In this document: piece by piece, positions 36,311 through 48,814 of the stretch
How the letters are laid out: each line of letters opens with the position of its first letter
How positions within the stretch are numbered: position 1 is the stretch's first letter
Assembly: GCF_001194135.2 (NCBI RefSeq)
Contig: NC_068998.1
Coordinates: forward strand, 38,260,732 to 38,324,731
DNA: 64,000 bases
Reading direction: 5' to 3'
DNA from: Octopus bimaculoides
Lineage: Eukaryota
The notes under the pieces: generated by a model
What the model was told of the DNA's origin: nothing
Databases searched by the model: none
The model's input: the letters and a program-made list of their open reading frames with translations, nothing else
Translations under genes and position numbers: made by a program

Positions 36311-37483
36311 ATTGATTAAATTTAATCACAATGCATGGGTCAGTCCAGAGCATAGCAGAAAATCTCTTGACCCCAATACACTGCACAGTGGGACTGAACC
36401 TAAAACCATGTGGCAACAAAGTGGGCTTCTTAACTACACAGTCATACCTGCATCTATATAGACAGCTGCAGATATACAGATAGATAGAGATATATAAAAG
36501 AGAGTTTAAGTTTTGCATTACAAACTATCTGGCAACAGATATGACATTTCCTACACTCACACACAAGATATATATACATACATACATAGGAGAGAGAGAG
36601 AGAGAGAAGATTGTCAAAATAAGATTACTTCTACTTGATGTTTAAATTGTTCCAGTTTGGTTGTTGTGTGCAAGAGCACACACACACACACACATACATA
36701 CAGCTATGTATGATACAAGTATCAAAATATACCAGTTTTCAATTCGTCACACAGACATCTTAAAATGATAAAACATTATCCATTTAGCTCTATTCCCAGT
36801 GTTTCATGTCGCGAAGACACATCCTACCAACCAAACTGCTTCAGTAACCAGTAACTTCTATCAAGTGCTTCAAACCGCTGTTGCTTAACAGAATATCGCC
36901 TACCTTAATGGTATGGTGTCAAAGGTGAAAGCAGCAAAAGGATGACACTAATAGAGACGGCAAGGTTAACACGGATCAAGCTACAGAACACTGAACTGAA
37001 ATATTGTAGCTAGAATTCACAGCGAAATAGAAGATTTAGCAGTTGAATCAGTAGAGGTACCAAAACAGTTAATAAAGGATTGTTGTAAATATTGTATAGC
37101 AGTTAAAGCTCATAGAACAAGAAAGATTTCATGGCAGTTTTAAAAGTACATAACTAAAACTTACCATGTATCCTCTCTAGAATACGATGCAATATATTCA
37201 AAGCTTTACAGTACAGTGAAGACCTTTCTACAGTACAACACAACCCTCTGTATACCAAACACAGTACAAGACTTTCCAATATAGTAAGCAGTGTAGCTGA
37301 TAGTCTGAAGGGTTTTTTAACCCTTCAGCATTCAGGTAACTCAGTCAAATGCAATACGCGTTTATTCCTATTGTTTTGAATTAATCATGAATTATGTTGT
37401 AACTTAGTGAAAGTTTTTTAGAATGACATTGTAGGGTAAGTATGAGGGGCTGCATTCTGGGTTTGAATGCTAAAGGATTAAAT

Positions 37484-37911
37484 CAATGGTCCTCAACTGG
37501 GGTTCATATGATCCTTGGGGGTCCATTTAAGATTTTGTTGATAAAACTTATGAGCAACAAATTAGTTATACTTCCACTATACAATAGATATTTAACAATA
37601 TTTTTTTCATAAATTTCCTACTGACATTTAAATTATAAAAATATAATAGATGGTACATAAAATACACCCAGAATTCTGTAAAGTGGTTGGCATTAGGAAG
37701 GGTATCCAGCCATAGACACCATGCCAAAACAGCTCTCCAGCTGGTCAGCTCCTATCAAATCATCCAACTCATGCCAGCATGGAAAATGGACTTTAAATGA
37801 TGATGATGATGATAAATAGAAATTTTTTAAACACCAAATGGCTATTAAGATCCACCCAAGTAAAATTGGAATCAAAGGGTTCCATAGGCAAAAAATGGTT
37901 GAGCAGCATTG
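37484..37911. mobile_element. hAT-type MITE L with a family B tail inserted (about 37650-37812)
   Basis: CAATGGTCCTCAAC...GGTTGAGCAGCATTG; 8-bp flanks GATTAAAT / GGTTAAAC. Other L copies at 40675-40909 (flanks GTCTAAAC / ACCTAAAT), 39276-39525 and 15562-15695 (both partial). Confidence 0.8.
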
Positions 37912-38033
37912 GGTTAAACGGTAAACACAGCTAAGCTTATAGCACACAAGATCTCTAAGTAATAAACACAGCAGGGTAAAACTGATGGCACAACAAAGAC
38001 CAATGTATAAAGAACACAGCAAAACCCATTATA

Positions 38034-38161
38034 CCGGGTGTCCACCAAAGTCTGGGTACATGGGGATTAACACATAATTTAAGAAATTATTATTTCTTAT
38101 ATTTAATTGTTTATGTTATGATTTTATTTACTCCATGTACCCAGACTTTGTGGACACCCTG
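38034..38161. mobile_element. 128-bp Tc1/mariner MITE
   Basis: TA|CCGGGTGTCCACCAAAGTCTGGGTACATGG...CCATGTACCCAGACTTTGTGGACACCCTG|TA. Confidence 0.92.
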
Positions 38162-38871
38162 TATAACAACGATGTCTTTGTAATAGATCAGCTAAAAGTT
38201 TACAAAGACCCTTCCACAGTAAAGTAGGGAAAACATAGAAGCAGCTAAAAGGATTTTCCATAAGGACCTATCTATAATACCATACAGTTTTAACTCTTTA
38301 GCATTCAGATCACTCTGTCAAATGCAACGCTTATTTATTCATAATGTTTTAGATTCATTATGTATTATCCCACAGCTTTAAAATTTCGATGATGTGATAT
38401 TTCTTTTAGAATGACATCATAGGGTAGCTGTAAGAGACCAGGTCTGGCTGGTTTGAGCATAAAATAGGTAGAATATTTGGGCTGGTTTAAATGCTAAAGG
38501 GTTCGACCTGACATGGGATCCTGTACACAACTGCACACATTGGTAAAAATAGCAGTTAATTTCTCATCAAATCAACATTATACCATCTTAAAGAAAGGAA
38601 GCACAGTATGTGACTGTAAGTGCAATGTATCTAAAGAAAATAAATGTGACTGCAATGTCGTTTCAGTGTGTATATTTGACCAAAGTTGACCTGGGGATAA
38701 ATAAGTCACACAGCACAGCATACTACTTTAATTAAACAAACTTAACATCGTATAATTTATTTATAATCAGAGAAAACCATTTTGGGATCTATATTGGAGA
38801 TTTAGGAAGGCTTCAATGAATTGTAAAGTTAACAAGTGGTCTGGATAGAACAGGAGACAGAATGGATGTAG

Positions 38872-39012
38872 CTCTTTTATTCTTTTACTTGTTTCAGTCA
38901 TTAGACTGCGGTCATGCTGGGGCACTGCCTTTGATAGATTTGAGGGAGGCTGCCATGACCAGGATTCAAACCTGGGTTACCATGGACACAGTGTGGGATC
39001 CTAACAACTACA
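38872..39012 (-). mobile_element. short SINE K2: tRNA-His-like head fused to a SINE A-type tail
   Basis: Minus strand: GTGTAGTTGTTAGGATCCCACACTGTGTCCATGGTAACCCAGGTTTGAATCCTGGTCATGGCA, then AAAGGCAGTGCCCCAGCATGACCGCAGTCTAATGACTGAAACAAGTAAAAGAATAAAA. Confidence 0.72.
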
Positions 39013-39029
39013 CATATAAGTATGTACAT

Positions 39030-39226
39030 ATGAAGAGGAAGCTAATTAAATATACACTAGTATGCGTGTGAATAATGTACATATTTATGTATGTATATAG
39101 AGGAAGTATATTAAATATACACTGTTATGTCTATACATCTATATCTGAAAAGGAAGTTTATCAAAAATACACTGGTTTGTGAGTAATATTTGTATGAAGA
39201 AGAAGGTTACTAAATATATGCTAGTA

Positions 39227-39230
<4 letters not shown>
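39030..39230. repeat. four dispersed copies of a motif of about 33 nt
   Basis: GAAGAGGAAGnnnnTTAAATATACACTAGTATG-like units at about 39031, 39098, 39146 and 39195. Confidence 0.6.
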
Positions 39231-39270
<40 letters not shown>

Positions 39271-39856
39271 TAAAGCAACATTTCTCAACTATTTTTTACC
39301 TATGAACTCTCTTGGTTCCTGTTTTACTTGGGTGGACCCTCCCAGTCATTCCATGTTTAAAAAAATCCCATTATATTTTTATAATTAAATTTTATTAGAA
39401 GTTGTATAAAACTGAAAATATTTTGTTTTGTAGAAGCATAACCAAATTATTGCACATAGTTTTTAACAAAATCTTATATAGACCCCCATGGGTTGTATGG
39501 ACACTTAAGGGCCGTATAGACCTTTAGTGGTGTTCTAAAGCAGAATTGAGCCTACAAAGAGTGTTGTACTGGTGAGGTGATATAAACTTCATGCTTTTAA
39601 GTGATTTCAGTTAAAACTTTCCATCGAAATTCAATATCAATTAATGCTCCAAACACCAGCTCAATAACCACAAGATTATTTTACTAAATTCTTCATAATA
39701 CTCAGAATTAATTAAAACAAGGACAGTGTATTTCAACAGAAATATGGTAGCAAAAGAATTAATACAAGACCTTGGGATGGTTCCAGCAGCTTGCATTGTG
39801 GTGCTGACCCCACAGTATTTAAAGTATGAGATACATTGCATTCACCATCATATTAA

Positions 39857-40134
39857 CCCATTACCTACCAGTGATCTCATATGAGATCACTTCAAAATTA
39901 CAAATTTCATAATTATCTGTCAATATTTACACATATCTAACCTTTTTGCTATATCTACTTGGTATATTTCTCTGATATTCAAATGAGGTTTGCTAATTTT
40001 TCACCCAATATCTCGCTTATTTCTATTTGAAATGTTATTTTGATCATTCCAGCGTGTTTCTAAGGCTGTTTTATGCTAGAAATCAAAGTTTCATTTAAAA
40101 AATTCCAGTTAATAGAATTATGGGAGGTAATGGG
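39857..40134. mobile_element. MITE P (278 bp, piggyBac-type), perfect TTAA TSD
   Basis: TTAA|CCCATTACCTACC...GGGAGGTAATGGG|TTAA. Confidence 0.88.
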
Positions 40135-40415
40135 TTAAGATGCATGCTTCTTTATTTATAAATCTATCCAAAACTTGCCCTACATAGAAAGCAGATGGGA
40201 GACCAAAGTGTTGTATGCTAGGGAGCTGGATTAGCAAATATCATTTCGGCATAATAATTGCTATTAACAATAGAACATTGAAAACAAACTGAAATATCAG
40301 TCTGTTAGCACAAACTCATGAAGAATTACTTACGGTAACATCAACAGTTCTGTGGGTTGGTCACATTCACATCATCTCATCCCACAACATACAGAACTAC
40401 CTAATACATTTTTAA

Positions 40416-40630
40416 CCCTTTTGATACCTTACATTTTTAACCCTTTTGATAGCAACCCACCAGAAACTGCTCCTGGTTCTAAAATACGTATTTCCTGTTC
40501 TATCAAAATGTCATGTCATTTTCTAAACACTAGATTAATGACAAAGTTATTTTATTAAATTCGTTATTTTTTTTCAAACTTAATTGAAACAAAGATAGTG
40601 CATTTTAGCAGAAATAGGGTAACAAAAGAA
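40416..40630. mobile_element. MITE D (piggyBac-type) with a duplicated left terminus
   Basis: TTAACCCTTTTGATA occurs twice, 25 bp apart; the right end is GTAACAAAAGAA|TTAA. Partial D copies at about 18609-18745, 30775-30870, 39590-39760 and 63845-64000. Confidence 0.8.
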
Positions 40631-41164
40631 TTAATGACTGCTGTCTTCAAGAAATACTTTTTAATTGTCTAAACCAGTGTTTCTCAACAGTTTTTTTTTT
40701 TTGTTACCTATGGACTCCTTTTGGGTGGATGCTTAAAAAAATCTTGTTACATTTTTATAATTAAGAATTCTTTTATACAATTCCTAATAATAATTAAAAT
40801 ATTTTGTGTATTGTAAAAGTATAACCAATTTATTGCAGATAAATTTAAATAACAAAATCTTACATTGACTCGCAAGGGCCATATTATGGCCTCTGGTTAA
40901 GAACCACTAACCTAAATGGAAAATTCTTCAACAAAGATGAACCCTTTTGCATTCAGATTTACTCTGTCAAATCTAATATTGATTTGCATTGTTTTGAATT
41001 AAACACGCATTATCTTTTAATCTTCACATTTCAATGATGTGATTGTATATTTTTAGAATGACATTGCAGTATAGGTGTGAGAGGCCTGATCTGGTCAGTT
41101 TGAACATAAAATAGGTAAAATATTTCGGCCATATATGGCTGGTTTAAATGTTAAAGGGTTAAAC

Positions 41165-41491
41165 CAGAGGTTCTCAACCAAGGTCCATATAAGACTGGGA
41201 AAGGGGGCATGCAAGAAAAATAGTAAATTGGCAACCCCTAGAAATACATTTAAGGGTCCATGAAAATTTGTTACTTTAGATGTAGTTATTGCAAGAAACA
41301 GCTAGATTTCTTTCACAAGTGTCTTACATAGATCAACTTTTACAAGTTGATGTGTGAAAAAGAAATTATGAATTTTGAAAGAATTTTCTTTAAAATTAGT
41401 TTTTAAACACTGACTGGCTATGGGGTTCCACCACAATAAAATAGTATTCAAAGGAATCCCTAGATAAAAAAAAAAAGGTTGAGGTCCACTA
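41165..41491. mobile_element. second hAT-type MITE family, 8-bp TSD
   Basis: GGTTAAAC|CAGAGGTTCTCAACC...GGTTGAGGTCCACTA|GGTGAAAC. Confidence 0.8.
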
Positions 41492-42767
41492 GGTGAAACT
41501 TCTATCTGCCTGTTAGCTATATGCAATGAGTAAATGACTATAAAGCTTTAGTGGTGATGCACCACCTTGGTGCTACCCAACAGCAGTTACATAAAACATC
41601 ACGGCCAGAAGCACAAGTGACACATCTTGCATGGCAATTCTCTTGAGCAAAACATAACTATACAGCTGATCTGAAAGATGGTTAAGTGCAAATACAGGAT
41701 ATCTGTGATAAATTTATGCTTTCATATTTTATTCCAGTATAGGTGCAGGTGTGGACATATGGTAAGAAGCTTGCTTCCTAACCACATAGGTCTGGGTTCA
41801 GTCCCATTGCATGGCACCTTGGGCAAGTGTCTTCTACTACAGCATCAGGCCAGCTAAAGCGTTGTCAGTGGATAAGGTAGATGGAAACTGAAAGAATCCT
41901 GTCGTGTGTGTGTCTTTATGTATGTCTTTGTCCCACACCACCACTTGACAACTGGTGTTGGTGTTTACATAACTTAGCAGTTTGGCAAAAAGAGACTGAG
42001 AGACTAAGTACCAGGCTTAAAAAACAGAAAAGGAAAGTACTGGGCTCAATTCATTCGGCTAAAAATCCTACAAGGTGGTGCCCCAGCATGGCCACAGTCT
42101 AATGACCAAAAGAAATAAGGGAATATTATCAAAATATTGTTTTTACATAGAGTCATATATTTTCCTTTCACAAAAACCACTTTAAAATATCTTTGGAACT
42201 TGGTGTGGCCCCCTGGCCCTACCAGTTCTTATCAAGCCGTCTAACCCATGCCAGCATGGAAAACAGATGTTAAATGATGATGATGATGATCAAGTGTATG
42301 ATGGAATATATTAAATTGTTTTCCACAAAATATACTCATGAAATAGGGGCGTGTTTTATACACCAGCAAGTAAGGTAGTTGGGTACGTGAAACAATTAAA
42401 AGGGTTTCATTTTGGGGGTAGTGTGACATGTGAAATGTTTAAGGCTTTGCAAGAATTTAACACTGTGCAAAAAATGCAGTTGGGTTTTCATTGATGATAT
42501 GGAGAGGTCAGGAGGGAAGTTAGTAAGATCATTATATAGCTTCTTTTAAATGAGATAAAGACAACATATAGCATTGTAGAAGTGATGTGAGAAGAGAAAG
42601 GACAGCAAACCTCGATGAGAATATCTAAACAATAAATCTCATTGAAGAATCAGCACAGAAAATAGTGATGGCCTAACTTTACATTTATGTACAATGATGT
42701 TTAATCCTAAGTCAGCCAGTAGACCACAGAGCTAAATCTCTCCAGCCATGAGCAACCTGTCTTTTAC

Positions 42768-42935
42768 CAAAACAAGCTGCTCAGAGTCCTGTATAGTCCT
42801 GATTTGAAGGACACCTGATTGTTGTTTCTAGCATGTTCTAACCAACAAGAAACCCCTGTCACACACAGAGGCTTCCTGGTTGCTAATAATGGATTTATTA
42901 ATGGGACAACTGAGGTTAATGTGTAGAAAACAAAA
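42768..42935 (-). CDS. candidate internal exon of an unidentified gene (168 nt, phase 2 to 2)
   Basis: Long poly-T tract + acag|TTTTG...TTTTG|gtaaaa. Only one open frame: FVFYTLTSVVPLINPLLATRKPLCVTGVSCWLEHARNNNQVSFKSGLYRTLSSLF. Confidence 0.5.
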
Positions 42936-43599
42936 CTGTAAAAAAAAAAACTAACAAACAAAAAAAAAAGATTTATCAGATGAAAATAAACAACTGAACA
43001 ACACACTGCAACCCAACGACATAAACCTGACAAGCAGGGCTATGAGAGAGAGAGGCCACAATGAGCATATTGTACTTGAGGTATTTTCTATAAACTCTGA
43101 AAATGTTTGTATATACTGAAAACTTGTTAAAAATACATATTAGCAACAGAGGCAGCTTTAATACAGAGAAGTAATAATAATCCCCACTTAAACACAGATG
43201 TTCTGCTTTTTTAACAAGCTCACTAGCTAATCACAACACTAGTGCCTATCCTGGGACTGTTATTCTATATATCACTGGTGGGGTAAGATAAGCTGCTGCT
43301 ATCTCTAGCAGTCGAGTGTCCATCACTGACAAGACCAAAATCACGTGATCTGGTTGGTCTCAGTGCTGGATGTGGCGGAGGTTTATCTCCTCACTAATGA
43401 TATAAACAAGAGTGCATTTTGCACCAGAAGCTAATATAAGAGTTTCTCTCGTGGTATCTACTGCTGTATAGTTTGTTCTAACAGAACATCCACATTTGAG
43501 TGGGGATAAACACTGAAGACAAGCAGAGAAAGGAGACCTAGTCAAAACCTTGTACCTCTTGATAAAATTGCACCAAGAGATACGACTGCATTTATAACT

Positions 43600-44120
43600 C
43601 CATACTCTCATCATTTAGTAATTAAACTCTCCTCCATTAGTCAAGGTTCCTGTGCTAAGCCTTATTCAGCAAGATCACTTCAGGGAAAAGACCACAGGGT
43701 TGCTTTCTTCAAAGATACAAGGACCAACTCAAAACAACACTGAGAGCCACTGGACTTCAGCCTAAATCATTTGAAACACAAGCCTGAGACTGTAGCAAGT
43801 TGTGACGTTCCATCACCATTAAAACCAAAAACTTCAAAGCCACTAGAAGAGAAAAGAAAGAAATCAAACGAGAAAGGCTTGACAAAATCAACCTTGCCCT
43901 CCACCGAGATTACCATGCAGTCAATGCCATTGTCTCTTTCATGCAAGAATTGGTCTACAGAGTCATCAATGCCATCACCAAAAAGGAAGCATTTGGCAAA
44001 GAAACTAAATTCTCGGATACAATCCTCACTGACGAGGATTAAGATGGTCTACATCAAAATCCGAAATCATTCAATCCGACTATATATGCTAAGGACTTGC
44101 CTCCCTTCGTCAATCATCTT
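43600..44120 (+). mobile_element. RTE/BovB-like LINE 3' remnant with a C-terminal zinc-finger-like motif
   Basis: ALFSKITSGKRPQGCFLQRYKDQLKTTL...A*DCSKL*R...CSQCHCLFHARIGLQSHQCHH, matching GKR.QG....RYKD.LK...DR..WR...C..C...F..RIGL.SH.R.H. Confidence 0.78.
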
Positions 44121-44135
44121 GTTTCTAGCAATAGC

Positions 44136-44184
<49 letters not shown>

Positions 44185-46271
44185 ATACACATATATATCT
44201 TTTACCTGTTACAGTTCTTAGACTGTGGTCATGCTGGGGCACTGCCTTGAATTTTCAGTCAAATTGAATCGACCACAGCCCTTTTTTGTAAGCCTGGTAC
44301 TTATTCTAGCAGTCTCTTTTGCTGAACCGCTAAGTTACAGGGATGCAAACACACCAACCAGTTGTCAAGCAGTGGTGGGGACACGGACACACACACACAC
44401 ATGACAGGTTCTTTCTAATTTGTCTACCAAATCCAGTCACGAGGCTTTGGTTGCCCAAGGCTCTAGGAGAAGACACTTGCCCAAAGTGCCACACAATGGA
44501 ACTGAACCCTGAACTATGTGGCTGGAAAGAAAACTCTTTACCACACAGCCACACCTGTGCCTGTATATACATACATATATACACTATGATAGTACAACAG
44601 TCTACTGACCCATTTTATCAGAATGTTTTGTGACAAGCCCCTCATCATGCTGGGCCATTTTGTGTTATATATATACATTAGTTATACACAGTCACTCAGC
44701 TCTGTGGTAACAGAAGAATCTAAAAGTAAACAGTGACAGCATAGCTTAACATACTAAACGTACTAGTAAATTGTCGAATATTTACGACAAATTATAATAA
44801 ATTACAAGCAGATAATTTACTTGCAAACAGCTCGTTATCAAAATTGTTACTATGGAGGAGTATCTTATAAAATAAGGCATCTCAGTTTTAGAACAGGTGC
44901 ACCATGTCCCTGCATATCTTTCAAGACGACAAGAGAATCCAGATATAAAATGTCTCAAAATATGCATATAACTCAGACCTGTGCAGAAATAGCAGGCCTA
45001 AAACGATGACGACGATGATGCTACTGTTATGCTTACTTATTGATATTTAAGATCAATAAGTAAGTGTAATAAGCTCGTTCGTACACAACACATGTATTTA
45101 ATTTAGAAACAAACCAGCCCCGATTGAACATATTTTTCCAAGAATCAGTGTATTGCTGACTACATAACTTAATATGCATGTCTTTCTTTTAAGACAGCAG
45201 AACAAGATTTTAGGGTGATTTGGCTGTTATTTCAAGAGGGTTTGGGGGATCATATAAAGGATCTTTCACTGGGTTTCTTTTACCATTTTACCTTTAGTTT
45301 CAGTCATTTGGTTGTGGCCATGCTGGGGCACCACCTTGAAGGGTTTTAGTCGATTGAATTGACTCCAGGACTTTTTTTTAAGCCTAGTTACTTATTCTAT
45401 TGGTTTCTCTTTCCGAACCACCAAATTACAGGGACATAAACACACCCACACGGGTTGTCAAACGGTGGCGAGGGAACAAACACAAAGACACACAAATACA
45501 TATATGTGTGTGTGTGTGTGTCTGTGCGCTCCAGTATGGCCACAGTCAAATGATTGAAACAAGTAAAATAAATATATATTTATATATATACTACAGGCTT
45601 CTTTCAGTTTCCATCTACAAATCTACTCGCAAGGCTTTGTTCAACCCAAGGTTATAGTAGAAGACACTTGCCCAAGGTTCCATACAGCAGGACTGAACCT
45701 GGGACCAAGTTGTTGGAAAGCAAGCTTCTTACCACACAACCACATATAGAAGTATTAAATATTATGATGATGATGATGGTGATATAGGGGTGTACATCCT
45801 ATATCCCTTATGTCTTAATCACATTGAATTATGTCTTAATATCATCACTATGTGGTGAACTGTGTGTGTGTGATCTTAATATGTTGAGCTGAGGATAAAC
45901 AATGGAGCAGTCATTTGTAAATTGGAGAAGGAAACAGGAAATGCTTTATCTTGGATGTGGCAGAGGCATGTAAAAGAAAAACCAAAGCGAAACACAAAAT
46001 AAAAATCTTCAAGGAGAGAAACAAAAAACAATTGCTGCATTGTTAAAAATAGTTTCAGCTGCATCCAGTTAATTGTAGTGGCTGCAAGGATAAGTGGGAG
46101 AAAAAGTATGCTATAGTGTGGGTTAACAAAATCGAGACATTTCCATGATAGCAGGTGTTGCTCGGCTCCACTAGAGGAAGCAATACTATCAGGTGGTAGC
46201 AAAAGCTATTGTGATATTCAATCCGCAGCCGATGAAGGTAATGTGCTATGGTGCAAACTGTATGTAAAATA

Positions 46272-46476
46272 TTGGTTTCAAATTTTGGCACAAGCGCAGC
46301 AAATTTAGTGTGGGGGGAGGGGTAAGTCACCCCCCCCCCAGTACTCAACTGGTACTTATTTTATTGACCCTGAAAAGATGACCTAGGCAGAATTTAAACT
46401 TAGAACATACAGATGGAGAAAATGCCGCTAAGCATTTTGCCCAATGTGCTAACAGTTCTGTTGGTTCGCTACCCTC
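46272..46476 (-). mobile_element. SINE G with 17-bp TSD
   Basis: AAACTGTATGTAAAATA at 46255-46271 and 46477-46493. Confidence 0.9.
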
Positions 46477-46987
46477 AAACTGTATGTAAAATACTAATAG
46501 TTATATTTAGTTTAGAGTTCAACAATTCCGAGTTGAAATCATGGCTGAGCCTCCATCCCACTTTCTTTGTGTTAAAGAAATGTTATAAGTAATTAAATGA
46601 AAGCCAAATGACTCAACTAAGGATTCTCAGTCACAAATTAAAAAACCCTATATTGCTAAGAGTAGGTGATGACAGCCATGGGGAAATGCTTTACATCCTA
46701 AACATGACATCATTCCTTGAGGAACAATACAATTTAATGAATCTCTTTAGCATTCAGGTTACTCAGGCTTATATCATCATAGCGTTGAGAATTTGCTAAT
46801 GTAATTGTTTATTTTTACAATGACATTGTAGAGTACATGTGAGAAGCCTGATCTGGTCAGTTTCATCATAAAACAGGCAGGATATTTGGGCCAGATATGG
46901 CTGGCTTAAATGCTTAAAAAAAGGGTTAACAGTACAAGTGTACACTGACAAGCAGGCAAAACACACATTTAAAACAAAAATATACGC

Positions 46988-47018
<31 letters not shown>

Positions 47019-48612
47019 TACATACATATGCACAGGTGTGGTAAGAAGCTTCCTTCCTAACCACATCATTCCAGGATCAGTCCCATTGTGTGGCACCTCA
47101 GGTAAATGTCTCCTACTATAGCCTCGGGCCAACCAAAGCCTCACGAGTGAATCTGGTAGACAGAAACTTAAAAGCCTGTTGTGTTCGTTTTTTATTATTT
47201 CCTTATCCACTGACATCACCAATAGTTGAATACAGAAATGGCTTTTCTTAAAATGTCTTTTTGTTTTTTATTATTTTTTCATTATCCACTAACATCACCA
47301 TTAGTTGAATACAGCAATGTCTTAGATTAAATTCTTTCCAAGCATTCTTTTTGTAGGCGTTCCTGTACTGGAAATATTTCATATGTTCAATTCGAATTTC
47401 ACTAATTTTGGATTGCCTTGATAATGTATTAACATATATTTTCGGAAACTTTAATATTAATTTCATTGATATTTTCTATATATAAATATGTTAATAAAAT
47501 ACAAACAATTGTCGGCTCTGTAAGATGAATTCTTCAATAACAATGTAATTTTCTCTACACATGTCAAATGCTCTGAATTTCTCAAAATTCTTCTAAAGAA
47601 TATTTGGATCTACTTGTCATACATGTCTGATAGTTGGATGTTATTGAGTATTATTGATATCTGCCTGGATTTTTTAATCCCCCTTTTTTCTTATATATTT
47701 ATTATGCCATATGTATCTGACCCCAACCAGCGCTAGACAACTGGTATTGGTGTGTTTATGTCTCCATAATTTAGTGGATCGGCAAAAAAGAGACCGATAG
47801 AAAAAGAACTAGGCTTTAAAATAATAAGTCTTCAAGTTGAGTAAGTCAACTCAAATCCTTCAAGGCAGTACCCCAATGTGGTCATAGTCAAATGACAAAC
47901 AAAATATAAAAGATATACCTACACACATATATATATACATTACGAACTGCATGCTTCCGGGTTCAGCTCCACTGTGTGGCACCTTGGGCAAGTGTCTTCT
48001 ACTGTAGCCTTGGGCCGACCAAAGCCTTGTGAGTGGATTTGGTAGACGGAAACTGAAAGAAGTCCATCGTATGTATGTATATATATATGTGTGTGTGTGT
48101 GTTTGTCCCCACAACATCGCTTGACAACCGATGCTGGTGTGTTTACGACCCCGTAATTTAGTGGTTCGGCAAAAGAGACCAATAGAATAAGTACTAGGCT
48201 TACAAAGAATAAGTCGATTTGTTCGACTAAAGGCGGTGCTCCAGCATGGCCATAGTCAAATGGCTGAAACAAGTAAAAGAGTATACATACACACACACAC
48301 ACACACAATGTATTTTGTAAATACCACCAAATGTCATTTAGGGAAAATACATTTACTGATACCAATTCCAGAATAAAATATATGTAAAGAAAAGAGATGT
48401 TCATGGAACTATACCAGCAACAGCAAAAAATCTCATGATATATATATATATATATATTTTTTTTTGTTAATATTTGTAAGTCAAAATCCCTGCCATATAT
48501 ATATGAAGTTCTTCCACAAATGTAATCAAGACATTAGTTTGGTCAATTATTTATATATCAATTAATGAATGACAACAAAACACGAGTTACATAATCACCT
48601 GCATTGACTTAC

Positions 48613-48736
48613 AGCAGTTTCTGCTGTAGGAAACATTGTGCACAGGGCTGAGTGCTTGTGTAGCATTCTATAGGTTCCTTGGAGCCATTGAAATGAAGTG
48701 CATGTCTTTCATTAATTGATGTTACACTCAGTCCCT
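48613..48736 (-). CDS. candidate internal exon of an unidentified gene (124 nt, phase 1 to 2)
   Basis: cttatactttgcttcag|AG...GCT|gtaagt. Only one open frame: GLSVTSINERHALHFNGSKEPIECYTSTQPCAQCFLQQKL. Phase-compatible with 42768-42935. Confidence 0.5.
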
Positions 48737-48778
48737 CTGAAGCAAAGTATAAGGAGTTCTAACAACTAACAAAGCAAA

Positions 48779-48814
<36 letters not shown>

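Noticed and set aside
42768-42935. Resemblance of the candidate peptides to OSTM1, NEMP1, TMEM135 or olfactory-receptor TM7
   Set aside because: Only short motif coincidences; required cysteines and domain order do not match. No gene symbol assigned.
44760-45010. Possible second RLE-type LINE 3' end
   Set aside because: No diagnostic motif could be read confidently.
47190-47700. AT-rich LINE-like remnant with a tandem duplication of about 80 bp at 47190-47310
   Set aside because: Probably a decayed element, but I could not assign a family from motifs.
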